The translations under genes and the position numbers were made by a program. Under the pieces are notes generated by a model. The model saw only the letters and a program-made list of their open reading frames with translations. It did not search any database and had not been told where the DNA came from. A DNA stretch of 64,000 nt, taken from contig JBEKNW010000001.1 in assembly GCA_049522435.1 (NCBI GenBank), forward strand, positions 25,001 to 89,000, given 5' to 3'. The DNA is from Xanthobacteraceae bacterium. GTDB lineage: Bacteria > Pseudomonadota > Alphaproteobacteria > Rhizobiales > Xanthobacteraceae. Of this stretch, positions 45,521 through 53,924 are shown one piece after another (within the stretch, counting starts at the first letter, position 1; every line of letters begins with the position of its first letter).

Positions 45521-45652
45521 GCGGGACTTGGCGGTGAGCGACTTGGCGAGGCGAGGCTTGGCGAGGCTTGGCGAGGCGAGGCCTGGCGAGGCGGGACTTG
45601 GCGACAAGGGTTTTGGCGGCATGGGAATTGGCGACATGGGATTTGGCGAGAC
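45521..45652. repeat. Degenerate tandem repeat: about 9 units of ~15 nt with the core TTGGCG (nnTTGGCGAnnnGGG)
   Basis: Read directly: ACTTGGCGGTGAGCG / ACTTGGCGAGGCGAGG / CTTGGCGAGG / CTTGGCGAGGCGAGG / CCTGGCGAGGCGGG / ACTTGGCGACAAGGG / TTTTGGCGGCATGGG / AATTGGCGACATGGG / ATTTGGCGAGACG. Confidence 0.75.
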
Positions 45653-46853
45653 GATCGCAACCCGGCTTACCGAGCTGGCGGCGGTCAGCGATGAGGCCGG
45701 CCGCCTGACGCGACTCTATCTTGGACCGGCACACCGCAAGGCGGCCGACCTTGTCGCCAGTTGGATGCGCGAAGCGGGGATGTCGGCCCGGATAGACGCG
45801 GTGGGCAACGTCGTTGGCCGCTATAGAGCGCGTGACGGCGGACCGCTCACGCTGATGCTCGGATCCCACATCGACACCGTTCGCAACGCCGGCCGATTCG
45901 ACGGCGCGCTCGGGGTTGTCATCGCCATCGAGGTGGTGAAGGCCGCCTTCAAATCAGGCAAGCGCTTCCCCTTCGCCATCGAAGTGGTCGCCTTCGGCGA
46001 TGAAGAGGGTGTGCGCTTTGCGAGCACACTTGGCGGAGCTCGAGCGCTGGCGGGAACTTTCGATCTCAAAGCCCTTGACGAGGTCGGCGAAGATGGCGTG
46101 TCGCGCCGCCAGGCGCTGGTAGCATTCGGCTGCGATCCGTCGCGCCTGTCCGAGGAGGCACTTTCGCCGGATCGGGTCATTGGCTATGTCGAAGCTCACA
46201 TCGAGCAAGGCCCGGTGCTGGAAAAGGATGGTCTTCCGGTCGGCGTCGTGTCGGCAATCGACGGCATCACGCGCGGAATTGTCGAGGTCGATGGCGTCGC
46301 CGGTCACGCCGGCACCGTGCCGATGCCGATGCGCAGCGACGCGCTGGCGGCGGCGGCCGAAATGCTGATCGCGATCGAAAACCGTGCGCGGTCGCGACCC
46401 AACCTTGTGGCGACGGCCGGAAAAATTGACGTGCCCGGAGGGACAGCGAACACCATTCCCGGCCTGGTTCGCTTTACGCTGGACATCCGCAGCCCATCCG
46501 ACGCGGAGCGGCTGAAGGCAGTCAGTGACATCAGTGAAACGATCGCCTCGATCGCGCGAAGCCGGGGCGTGACGGCGCGGTTTTCGGTCGGCCACGAAGT
46601 GCCTGCCGCCCATTGCGACGATGGGCTTTCGGATCAGTTGGCTCAGGCGGCGGAAACCTGCGGAGTTACGCCCCGCCGGTTGCCCAGCGGCGCTGGTCAC
46701 GATGCGATGGCGTTCGATCGGATTATACCATTCGCCATGCTGTTCGTGCGTTGTCGCGGCGGGGTGAGCCACAACCCGGCCGAGTTCGCCTCGCCCGGTG
46801 ACATCGACGTTGCCGCGCGCGCTCTTTCGACCTTTCTCGACAGGATTGCATGA
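45636..46853 (+). CDS. M20-family amidohydrolase, allantoate amidohydrolase-like (AllC / ureidoglycolate amidohydrolase / N-carbamoyl-amino-acid hydrolase group)
   Basis: LTRLYLGPAHRKAADLVASWMREAGMSARIDAVGNVVGRY...GSHIDTVRNAGRFDGALGV...FGDEEGVRF. Start chosen at MGFGETIATRL (45636). The track ORF starts at 45528, inside the tandem repeat. The true start is uncertain. Confidence 0.7.
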   Translation: MGFGETIATRLTELAAVSDEAGRLTRLYLGPAHRKAADLVASWMREAGMSARIDAVGNVVGRYRARDGGPLTLMLGSHIDTVRNAGRFDGALGVVIAIEVVKAAFKSGKRFPFAIEVVAFGDEEGVRFASTLGGARALAGTFDLKALDEVGEDGVSRRQALVAFGCDPSRLSEEALSPDRVIGYVEAHIEQGPVLEKDGLPVGVVSAIDGITRGIVEVDGVAGHAGTVPMPMRSDALAAAAEMLIAIENRARSRPNLVATAGKIDVPGGTANTIPGLVRFTLDIRSPSDAERLKAVSDISETIASIARSRGVTARFSVGHEVPAAHCDDGLSDQLAQAAETCGVTPRRLPSGAGHDAMAFDRIIPFAMLFVRCRGGVSHNPAEFASPGDIDVAARALSTFLDRIA

Positions 46854-47272
46854 CGATGACCACGCTTCGCATCAAGGCGGGACCATACGAATTCGAGGCG
46901 CGGATGGAGGAAGAGCTGGCGCCAAAAACCTGCGCCAAGTTCGCCAGCATGCTTCCCTACCGCGCCCAGGTCATCCATGTCCGCTGGAGCGGCGAAGGCT
47001 GCTGGATTCCCCTCGGCGATTTCGATTTCGGGTTGGGTTATGAAAATCCCACCAGCCATCCGGCGCCGGGCGAGATTATCCTGTACCCCGGCGGCATCAG
47101 CGAAACGGAGATTCTGCTGGCTTACGGCGCTGTAAGCTTTTCAAGCAAAGTCGGGCAACTCGCCGGCAATCATTTCCTGACGATCATAAAGGGTCGTGAG
47201 AATCTGCCAGCATTGGGGCGCACGACCTTGTGGAAGGGCGCTCAGGACATTTCGTTCGAGCTTAATAAATAA
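46850..47272 (+). CDS. DUF3830 family (cyclophilin-like fold) protein
   Basis: LRIKAGPYEFEARMEEELAPKTCAKFASMLPYRAQVIHVRWSGEGCWIPLGD...GEIILYPGGISETEILLAYG...QLAGNHFLTI matches my recollection of DUF3830. The ATGA start/stop overlaps the preceding gene. Confidence 0.6.
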   Translation: MTMTTLRIKAGPYEFEARMEEELAPKTCAKFASMLPYRAQVIHVRWSGEGCWIPLGDFDFGLGYENPTSHPAPGEIILYPGGISETEILLAYGAVSFSSKVGQLAGNHFLTIIKGRENLPALGRTTLWKGAQDISFELNK

Positions 47273-47544
47273 GCGGCAATCGGTCTTGGACTCAAGGAAG
47301 CGGCCTGCGCATAATCTTGACTACGGCAGGCGGTGGCGGCACGTGCCTTGCTTGTCCGAACAGCGAGATTTGCGCGCCTGCCAATGACAGAAAACCAAGC
47401 GAAGACTGAAGCCGGCGAGACGCAAGACCCGACTTCTGGCGGCCAAGGTCATGGGCGCCGCGCGCGTGCGCATGCCGTTCGACGTCATGTTACATGCCAT
47501 GGCCGGCCTAACCTCGTGCGCAAACCGGCGCGTGAAATTCCAAA

Positions 47545-48903
47545 ATGACGCGGGGTGACGCGTCGGCACTGTGGATCAAGGATCCCCTAGCTATCTTGGC
47601 GGATGGCGCCGACCGTGGCGTCGTGCTGGAAGGCGGTCGCGTCGTGGAGACGGTAGCCGCGGGCCGGACGCCGACAACGCCGGACGTAAAAACATTCAAT
47701 GCCGGGGCGCATGTGGTGCTGCCGGGACTGATCAACACCCACCATCACTTCTATCAAACTCTCACTCGCGCCGTTCCCGCCGCGCGCGACCGCGAATTGT
47801 TTCCCTGGTTGCAGGCGCTCTATCCGATCTGGGCGCGGCTGACGCCGGAAGCGCTCGATCTCGGCATGACGCTGGCGATGGCCGAGCTTGTCCTTTCCGG
47901 CTGCACCACCACGACGGATCACCATTACGTTTTCCCGGCCGGGCTGGAAGACGGCATCGACATCGAAGTGGCCGCCGCGAAACGGCTCGGCCTGCGCGTT
48001 TTGTTGACGCGCGGTTCGATGAACCTGTCGCAGCGCGACGGAGGCTTGCCCCCGGATAGCGTCGTGCAAGACGAGGACACGATCCTCGCCGACAGCGAGC
48101 GCGTGGTGGCGCGTTATCACGATGCCGGCGAAGGCGCGATGGTTCAGATCGCGCTGGCGCCCTGTTCGCCGTTCTCGGTGACGACATCGCTGATGCGATC
48201 CACGGCGGATTTGGCGAAGCGTGTGAACGTGCGCATGCACACCCATCTCGCCGAAACCGAGGACGAGAACCGCTTTTGCCAAGAACTCTACAAGTGTCGT
48301 CCGCTCGACTATCTGGAGGATTGCGGCTGGCTCAACGATCGGGTCTGGCTTGCGCACGGCATCCATTTCAACGCCGGCGAGATCAAGCGGCTCGCGCGCG
48401 CCGGCACCACAATTTCCCACTGCCCGTGCAGCAATCAGAGCCTCGCATCCGGGACTTGCCCGGTCTGCGCGATGGAAGAGGCCGGAATGCGCATCGGCAT
48501 CGGCGTCGACGGCTCGGCGTCCAACGACGCGTCCAATCTGATGCAGGAGGTGCGCGCCGCGTTCCTCCTGCAGCGCAGCCGCTACGGCGTCACCGAGGTC
48601 AGCCACTTGGATGCGTTGCGCTGGGCGACGAAAGGCTCGGCCGCGTGTGTCGGGCGAACGGACATCGGCGAAATCGCCGTCGGCGCGATGGCCGATCTCG
48701 CGCTGTTCAAGCTCGACGAACTGCGCTTTTCGGGCAGCGGCGACCCGCTGGCCGCGCTGGTGCTGTGCGGCGCGCATCGCGCCGACCGGGTCATGGTCGG
48801 AGGCCGCTGGATCGTGGAGAGCGGCCAAATCCCGGGACTTGACCTCCGCGACCTCATGCAGCGGCACTCCGCGGCCGCTCTGACGCTGCAAGCCGGCAGC
48901 TGA
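47545..48903 (+). CDS. Amidohydrolase-superfamily deaminase, 8-oxoguanine deaminase-like
   Basis: LWIKDPLAILADG...VVLPGLINTHHHFYQTLTRA...HTHLAET...AHGIH...GVDGSASND are the metal-ligand motifs of the guanine/8-oxoguanine/atrazine-type deaminases. The N-terminus resembles 8-oxoguanine deaminases. Confidence 0.6.
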   Translation: MTRGDASALWIKDPLAILADGADRGVVLEGGRVVETVAAGRTPTTPDVKTFNAGAHVVLPGLINTHHHFYQTLTRAVPAARDRELFPWLQALYPIWARLTPEALDLGMTLAMAELVLSGCTTTTDHHYVFPAGLEDGIDIEVAAAKRLGLRVLLTRGSMNLSQRDGGLPPDSVVQDEDTILADSERVVARYHDAGEGAMVQIALAPCSPFSVTTSLMRSTADLAKRVNVRMHTHLAETEDENRFCQELYKCRPLDYLEDCGWLNDRVWLAHGIHFNAGEIKRLARAGTTISHCPCSNQSLASGTCPVCAMEEAGMRIGIGVDGSASNDASNLMQEVRAAFLLQRSRYGVTEVSHLDALRWATKGSAACVGRTDIGEIAVGAMADLALFKLDELRFSGSGDPLAALVLCGAHRADRVMVGGRWIVESGQIPGLDLRDLMQRHSAAALTLQAGS

Positions 48904-48958
48904 TGCGTAATGCAGCCTGGTTCACCGTCGAGCCCGTCCTTGCAGAAGGCGACTAACC

Positions 48959-49561
48959 ATGCAGACCTATACTGTCGACATCGCCGGTCAGCCGGTGACA
49001 CTGCCGATCGTACCGATCAACCAGCGGCTCGCTATATCGCTGTTGATGGTGATCGATATGGGAGTGCATTTCGGCGAGCGGATCGGCAAGGCTTTGGCCG
49101 CCAAGCTTGGACCGCTCAAGCCCGACATCGTCGTCGGCGCCGCAACGCTCGGCATCCCGGTCGTTATCGAAGTGTCGCGCGCCCTTGGTCTCGACCAATA
49201 CGTCATCGCCCAGAAGTCGCCGAAGATTCATTTGGCCGACGCGCTGGTCAAGGAAGTGGAATCGGTGACGTCGTCCGGCAAGCAGCGGCTGATGCTCGAC
49301 CGCCGTGCCGTGCCGCTGCTCGCGCAGCGACGCGTAGCGGTGGTCGACGACGTCGTGGCGACCGGCTCAAGTCTCGCCGCAACGTTTGCGCTGGTGCGCT
49401 CGGCTGGCGCCGACATCGTCGGGGCAGGCGTGATCCTTACCGAAGGCCACGAATGGGAGAAGACCCTGGGCGTCGATGCTCGTCTCGTCCATGGCCTGGG
49501 GCACATCCCGCAATTCGCGCTGGCCGACGGCAAGGCCGTACCGATGCCGGAGACGCTGTAG
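48959..49561 (+). CDS. Phosphoribosyltransferase (type I PRTase)
   Basis: PRPP-binding motif RRVAVVDDVVATGSSL, 200 aa. Confidence 0.7.
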   Translation: MQTYTVDIAGQPVTLPIVPINQRLAISLLMVIDMGVHFGERIGKALAAKLGPLKPDIVVGAATLGIPVVIEVSRALGLDQYVIAQKSPKIHLADALVKEVESVTSSGKQRLMLDRRAVPLLAQRRVAVVDDVVATGSSLAATFALVRSAGADIVGAGVILTEGHEWEKTLGVDARLVHGLGHIPQFALADGKAVPMPETL

Positions 49562-49622
49562 ATCGGCTTAGCATTGCTGGTTTTCGACGCGTAAACTAAG
49601 CGCAACTTGACAGGAGGTGGTC

Positions 49623-50633
49623 ATGAGCGATTTGCGCGACTTCATCGCCGGCATGCCGAAGTGCGAGCTGCATGTGCATCTGGAGGGTACGCTTGAGCCG
49701 GAAATGAAGTTCGAGCTGGCGAAACGGAACGGCATGACCCTTCCCTACAAGGATGCGGCTGAAATGAGGGCAGCCTACGATTTCCACGACCTGCCCTCCT
49801 TCCTCAAGATTTATTACGAGGGCATGAAGGTCCTGGTGCATGAGCCGGATTTCTTCGACCTGACTTTTGCCTACCTCGCCAAGGCGCATGCCCAAAACGT
49901 GCGCTACGTCGAGATGTTTTTCGATCCGCAACCCCACACCGGGCGGGGCGTGCCGTTCGACGTCGTGATTCGCGGCATTCGCCGGGCGCAGCTCGATGCC
50001 GAGCGTATCCTCGGCATAAAGAGCCAGCTCATCCTCTGCTTCTTGCGCGACTGGAGCGCCGAATTCGCCATGACGACTTTGGTGCAATCGCTGCCCTATC
50101 GCGAATGGATCATCGGCGTCGGATTGGATTCGGACGAAAAGAACAATCCGCCGGTGAAATTCCAGGCGGTGTTCGAGCGCGCCCGCCGCGAGGGCTATTT
50201 CCTGACCATGCATTGCGACGTCGATCAGCAGAACTCAACCGAGCATATCCGGCAATGTCTGGAGGAGATCGGCGTCAACCGCATCGATCACGGTGTCAAC
50301 GTGTTGGACTCAAAGGCGCTGATCGACGAGGTCGCGCACCGGCAGCTGGCGCTGACCGTCTGCCCCGTCTCCAACGCCTTCGTCACCAACGACAGCAAGG
50401 CGAAAGAGATCAAGCGCATGCTCGACCTCGGCATCCGCGCCACGGTGCATTCGGACGATCCGGCCTATTTCCGCGGCTATATCACGGAGAATTTCGTCTG
50501 CACCCAGGAGGAAGCCGATCTCGGGCGGAAGGAAGTCGTGCAGCTTTCCCGCAACGCGTTCGAAAGCACCTGGCTGCCGCGGGGGACCAAGGAGCGTTAT
50601 CTCGCCGAGCTTGAGGCATACGCCGCGCGCTGA
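49623..50633 (+). CDS. Adenosine/adenine deaminase family protein
   Basis: MPKCELHVHLEGTLEPE...MHCDVDQ...TVHSDDPAYF are the signature motifs. AGGAGG lies 6 nt upstream of ATG 49623. Confidence 0.85.
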   Translation: MSDLRDFIAGMPKCELHVHLEGTLEPEMKFELAKRNGMTLPYKDAAEMRAAYDFHDLPSFLKIYYEGMKVLVHEPDFFDLTFAYLAKAHAQNVRYVEMFFDPQPHTGRGVPFDVVIRGIRRAQLDAERILGIKSQLILCFLRDWSAEFAMTTLVQSLPYREWIIGVGLDSDEKNNPPVKFQAVFERARREGYFLTMHCDVDQQNSTEHIRQCLEEIGVNRIDHGVNVLDSKALIDEVAHRQLALTVCPVSNAFVTNDSKAKEIKRMLDLGIRATVHSDDPAYFRGYITENFVCTQEEADLGRKEVVQLSRNAFESTWLPRGTKERYLAELEAYAAR

Positions 50634-50656
50634 AGCGCCGGCGGACGGGGGTCAAA

Positions 50657-50680
50657 ATGGCCGGGCTTAAGCCCGGCCAT
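50657..50680. terminator. Perfect 24-nt palindrome ATGGCCGGGCTT/AAGCCCGGCCAT between convergent genes. Candidate bidirectional terminator.
   Basis: Read directly. No strong T-tract on either side, only TTTGA on the minus side. Followed by the short direct repeat GCGTTCTTG GCGTTCTTG. Confidence 0.4.
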
Positions 50681-50718
50681 CGCGTTCTTGGCGTTCTTGG
50701 AAAATAGAAGTCGGAGAA

Positions 50719-51801
50719 TCACTTCCCCGGAATCTTGTCGTCGATCCCTTTGACGTAGAAGTTCATGCTCAGGATTTGGCCGGGGTCGAGATGGGTGCCG
50801 CCCTTGCACTCCACCGTCTTACCGTCCTGATCGGTGATCGGACACTTGAACGGATGCAACGTGCCGGACTTGATCGCCGCTTGCGTATCCATCGCCATCT
50901 TCTTCACGTCGTCAGGCATGTTGGTATAGGGCGCCATCACGACCATTCCAGAGTCCAGCCCGCCCCAAGTGTCTTCGGACTTCCATTTGCCATCGAGCAC
51001 GGCTTGGGCGCGTTTGGTGTAATAGTCGCCCCAGTAGTCGGTGTCCGCAGTGAGCTGGGCATGCGGCCCGAACTTGATCATGTCGGAAGATTCGCCGAAG
51101 GAGTGGATGCCGCGCTGCTCCGCGATCTGCGTGGCGGCCGGTGAGTCGGTGTGCTGAGTAAGTACGTCGGCGCCCTGGTCGATGAGCGCCTTGGCGGCGT
51201 CGGCTTCCTTGCCCGGATCGAACCAGCTGTTCACCCAGATGATCTTCACCTTCATGTTCGGGTTGACCGACTGGGCGCCAAGCATCGTCGCGTTGATGTT
51301 GGAGATGACCTCGGGGATCGGAAACGAGACGATATAGCCGAGCACGCCCGTCTTCGACATCTTGGCTGCGATTTGGCCTTGGATGTAGCGGCCTTCGTAG
51401 AAGCGCGCGGCATAGGTGCTCATGTTGTTCGCGCGCTTGAAGCCCGTCGCGTGCTCGAAGAACACGTTCGGATATTTGTTCGCCACTTTCAGCGTCGCGT
51501 CCATAAAGCCGAACGAGGTGGTGAAAATGAGCTTGTGGCCGGTCCGTGCGAGCTGCTCGATCGCGCGTTCCGCGTCGGCGCCCTCGGGGACGTTCTCGAG
51601 AAAGGTCGTCTCGACCTTGTCGCCGAGCGCGTTCTCCATGGCCTTGCGGCCGACGTCGTGCTGGTAACTCCAGCCGAGATCGCCGATCGGTCCGACATAG
51701 ATGAATCCGACCTTCAGCTTTTCGGCGGCATAGACCCCGCCGAACGTTCCGGCCGCGACCGCGAGAACCGCGGCCATAGCGACGATGTTCCATTTCTTCA
51801 T
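50719..51801 (-). CDS. BMP-family (Med/PnrA-like) ABC transporter substrate-binding protein, nucleoside/purine type
   Basis: Signal peptide MKKWNIVAMAAVLAVAAGTFGGVYA, then KLKVGFIYVGPIGDLGWSYQHD. Start at ATG 51801, preceded by GGAG. Confidence 0.85.
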   Translation of the reverse strand: MKKWNIVAMAAVLAVAAGTFGGVYAAEKLKVGFIYVGPIGDLGWSYQHDVGRKAMENALGDKVETTFLENVPEGADAERAIEQLARTGHKLIFTTSFGFMDATLKVANKYPNVFFEHATGFKRANNMSTYAARFYEGRYIQGQIAAKMSKTGVLGYIVSFPIPEVISNINATMLGAQSVNPNMKVKIIWVNSWFDPGKEADAAKALIDQGADVLTQHTDSPAATQIAEQRGIHSFGESSDMIKFGPHAQLTADTDYWGDYYTKRAQAVLDGKWKSEDTWGGLDSGMVVMAPYTNMPDDVKKMAMDTQAAIKSGTLHPFKCPITDQDGKTVECKGGTHLDPGQILSMNFYVKGIDDKIPGK

Positions 51802-51886
51802 GACTTCACTCCGGGTTGAGAGGACGGGCGTATTTTCGCATTCCCATTCGAGTTCCCCGACGCGCCCGCTACGCGCCCGCGGGACG

Positions 51887-52837
51887 TTAGCGGTCAGGCA
51901 CGAAGACCATACCAAGTGACGCAGGCGCGGCGGACCCGGCAGTGCCACGCGTACGGGAAATCAACACGAGAACGACGACCGTGGCAAGATAGGGTAGCAT
52001 GTTCATCAGTTGCTGGGGTACGCCGAGGCGGAGCGGTTGCAAAGCGAGCCCTAGGATACTCACCGCTCCGAATAGGTAAGCGCCGACGACCAAACGGCCC
52101 GGCCGCCAGGAGGCGAAAACCACCAGTGCCAGCGCGATCCAGCCACGGCCCGAAGTCATGCCCGGAATGAAGAACGGAGTATAGGCGAGCGGCAGATAGG
52201 CGCCGGCCAACCCCGCGCAGGCGCCGCCAAACAGCACCGCCAGCATGCGAATTCTGAGCACCGGATAGCCGAGCGCGTGTGCCGAAGCATGATTGTCGCC
52301 GACCGCGCGCAGTACGAGGCCCGCGCGCGTGCGGTAGAGGAACAGCCAGATGGCGATCATGAGCGCCATCGAGACGTAGACGAAGGCATCCTCACCGAAC
52401 AAGATGCGGCCGACGACGGGCATGCCGGTCAAAAACGGCAGGTCGAGACGCGCAGCCGGTACGATCTTCTCGCCGACAAAGCGGGCGCCGATCAGGCCGG
52501 AAAGACCGACGCCGAGGATGGTGAGCGCCAAGCCGGTCGCCACCTGGTTGACCGCAAGCCCGAGCGTCAGGATGCCGAAGATCGCCGCCAGCGCCGCGCC
52601 GGCCAGGATGCCGCAAAGCGCCCCAACGAATACCGAACCTGACATGTAGGCGCCGGCGAAGCCGCAGGCCGCGCCCACAATCATCATACCTTCGACGCCG
52701 AGGTTGAGCACGCCTGCGCGCTCGACCACGAGCTCGCCGGAAGCCGCCAAGAGTAGCGGCGTCGAGGCGGTGACGACCGTCAGAATAAAGCTGACTGAGA
52801 AAATCAGCTGTAAGATTTCAATGAGCGATTCAAGCAT
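51887..52837 (-). CDS. ABC transporter permease (nucleoside/simple sugar type)
   Basis: Multi-TM protein. SGELVVERAGVLNLGVEGMMIVGA is typical of BMP-associated permeases. Confidence 0.85.
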   Translation of the reverse strand: MLESLIEILQLIFSVSFILTVVTASTPLLLAASGELVVERAGVLNLGVEGMMIVGAACGFAGAYMSGSVFVGALCGILAGAALAAIFGILTLGLAVNQVATGLALTILGVGLSGLIGARFVGEKIVPAARLDLPFLTGMPVVGRILFGEDAFVYVSMALMIAIWLFLYRTRAGLVLRAVGDNHASAHALGYPVLRIRMLAVLFGGACAGLAGAYLPLAYTPFFIPGMTSGRGWIALALVVFASWRPGRLVVGAYLFGAVSILGLALQPLRLGVPQQLMNMLPYLATVVVLVLISRTRGTAGSAAPASLGMVFVPDR

Positions 52838-53924
52838 GGGCAGGTATGGCTTTTCGCACGGTTCGCACTAGGCGGATGCGGTAGACGATGAGTGAATCAC
52901 AGGCGAGCACATAGAACAGCAGGATGCCCTGGAAGACCTTGGTGAGGTCGAGCGGAACCTTCATCGAGATTTGCGCCCCCTCGCCGCCAATGAAGGTCAG
53001 CGCGAGGAACAGCCCGGCGATCAAAATGCCCACCGGATTAAGCCTGCCGAGGAAGGCGACGATGATGGCGGTGAAGCCGTAGCCCGACGCCACCCCGGGG
53101 TCCAGATGCCCGATCGGTCCTGCCACCTCGATGATGCCGGCGAGCCCGGCGAGCGCCCCGGAAACCGCGAAGGTAAAGAGGACCAGCCGATTCGCACTGA
53201 AGCCGGAAAAGCGCGCCGCCTTCGGCGCCGCTCCGACCAGACGAATTTCAAACCCCATGATGGTGCGTCCAAGGAGCACCGTCACCAGCATCACGATGAT
53301 AAGTGCGATGACCGAGCCGGCATGCAAGCGGCCGGCCCCCTCGAACAATGTTGGCACGCTCGCCACCGGATCGAATGCCGCCGTAGTCGGGAAGTTCAGG
53401 CCCTGCGGATCGCGCCACGGCCCGCGCACCATATAGTCCATGCCGAGATTGGCGACATAGACCAGCATCAAGCTGGTGAGAATTTCGCTGGCGCCGAAAT
53501 AGACGCGGCAGATTGCCGGAATGAGGCCGTAGAGCGCGCCGCCGAGCGCACCAAGAAGTAGCATGACCGGCAGCACCCAGTACCCGGCATCGGTGCCGTT
53601 CGTGCGCACGGCGAGCCAGCTTCCGCACACGGCGCCGACGAGGAACTGCCCCTCAGCGCCGATGTTCCAAACATTCGCGATGTAGCAAAGCGAAAGGCCG
53701 ACCGCGATCATAACGAGCGGCGTCGCCTTGACGGCAATTTCTTGCAGCGTAAAGGCGTCAGTCAACGGCTCGATGAAATACACCGAAAGCGCATCGATGG
53801 GGTTTTTGCCCATGATCGCGAACAGAACCGCGAAGGTGACGACGGTGAGCGCAACGGCAATCAGCGGCGAGGCGACCGCGATCACCGTCGAGCGTTCGGC
53901 GCGCCGTTCAAGCACCAACTGCAT
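52830..53924 (-). CDS. ABC transporter permease (nucleoside/simple sugar type)
   Basis: Multi-TM protein with the NIGAEGQFLVGA motif. Overlaps both neighbours. Confidence 0.85.
   Translation of the reverse strand: MQLVLERRAERSTVIAVASPLIAVALTVVTFAVLFAIMGKNPIDALSVYFIEPLTDAFTLQEIAVKATPLVMIAVGLSLCYIANVWNIGAEGQFLVGAVCGSWLAVRTNGTDAGYWVLPVMLLLGALGGALYGLIPAICRVYFGASEILTSLMLVYVANLGMDYMVRGPWRDPQGLNFPTTAAFDPVASVPTLFEGAGRLHAGSVIALIIVMLVTVLLGRTIMGFEIRLVGAAPKAARFSGFSANRLVLFTFAVSGALAGLAGIIEVAGPIGHLDPGVASGYGFTAIIVAFLGRLNPVGILIAGLFLALTFIGGEGAQISMKVPLDLTKVFQGILLFYVLACDSLIVYRIRLVRTVRKAIPAHA

Noticed and set aside
45521-45652. Tandem repeat considered as a CRISPR array
   Set aside because: The units are ~15 nt, contiguous and degenerate, with no unique spacers. 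No cas genes are present in the window.
47333-47548. 71-aa ORF in the 270-bp spacer before the 8-oxoguanine deaminase-like gene. I also inspected the spacer for a purine or guanidine riboswitch.
   Set aside because: The ORF is Arg/His-rich, has no RBS and matches no family. I could not find the conserved cores of the purine or ykkC riboswitches.
47587-48891. 434-aa ORF on the minus strand, antisense to the 8-oxoguanine deaminase-like gene
   Set aside because: This is a shadow ORF typical of high-GC DNA. The composition is Arg/Ala/Gly-rich and low in complexity, and I recognise no motifs. The plus-strand frame carries a complete amidohydrolase motif set.
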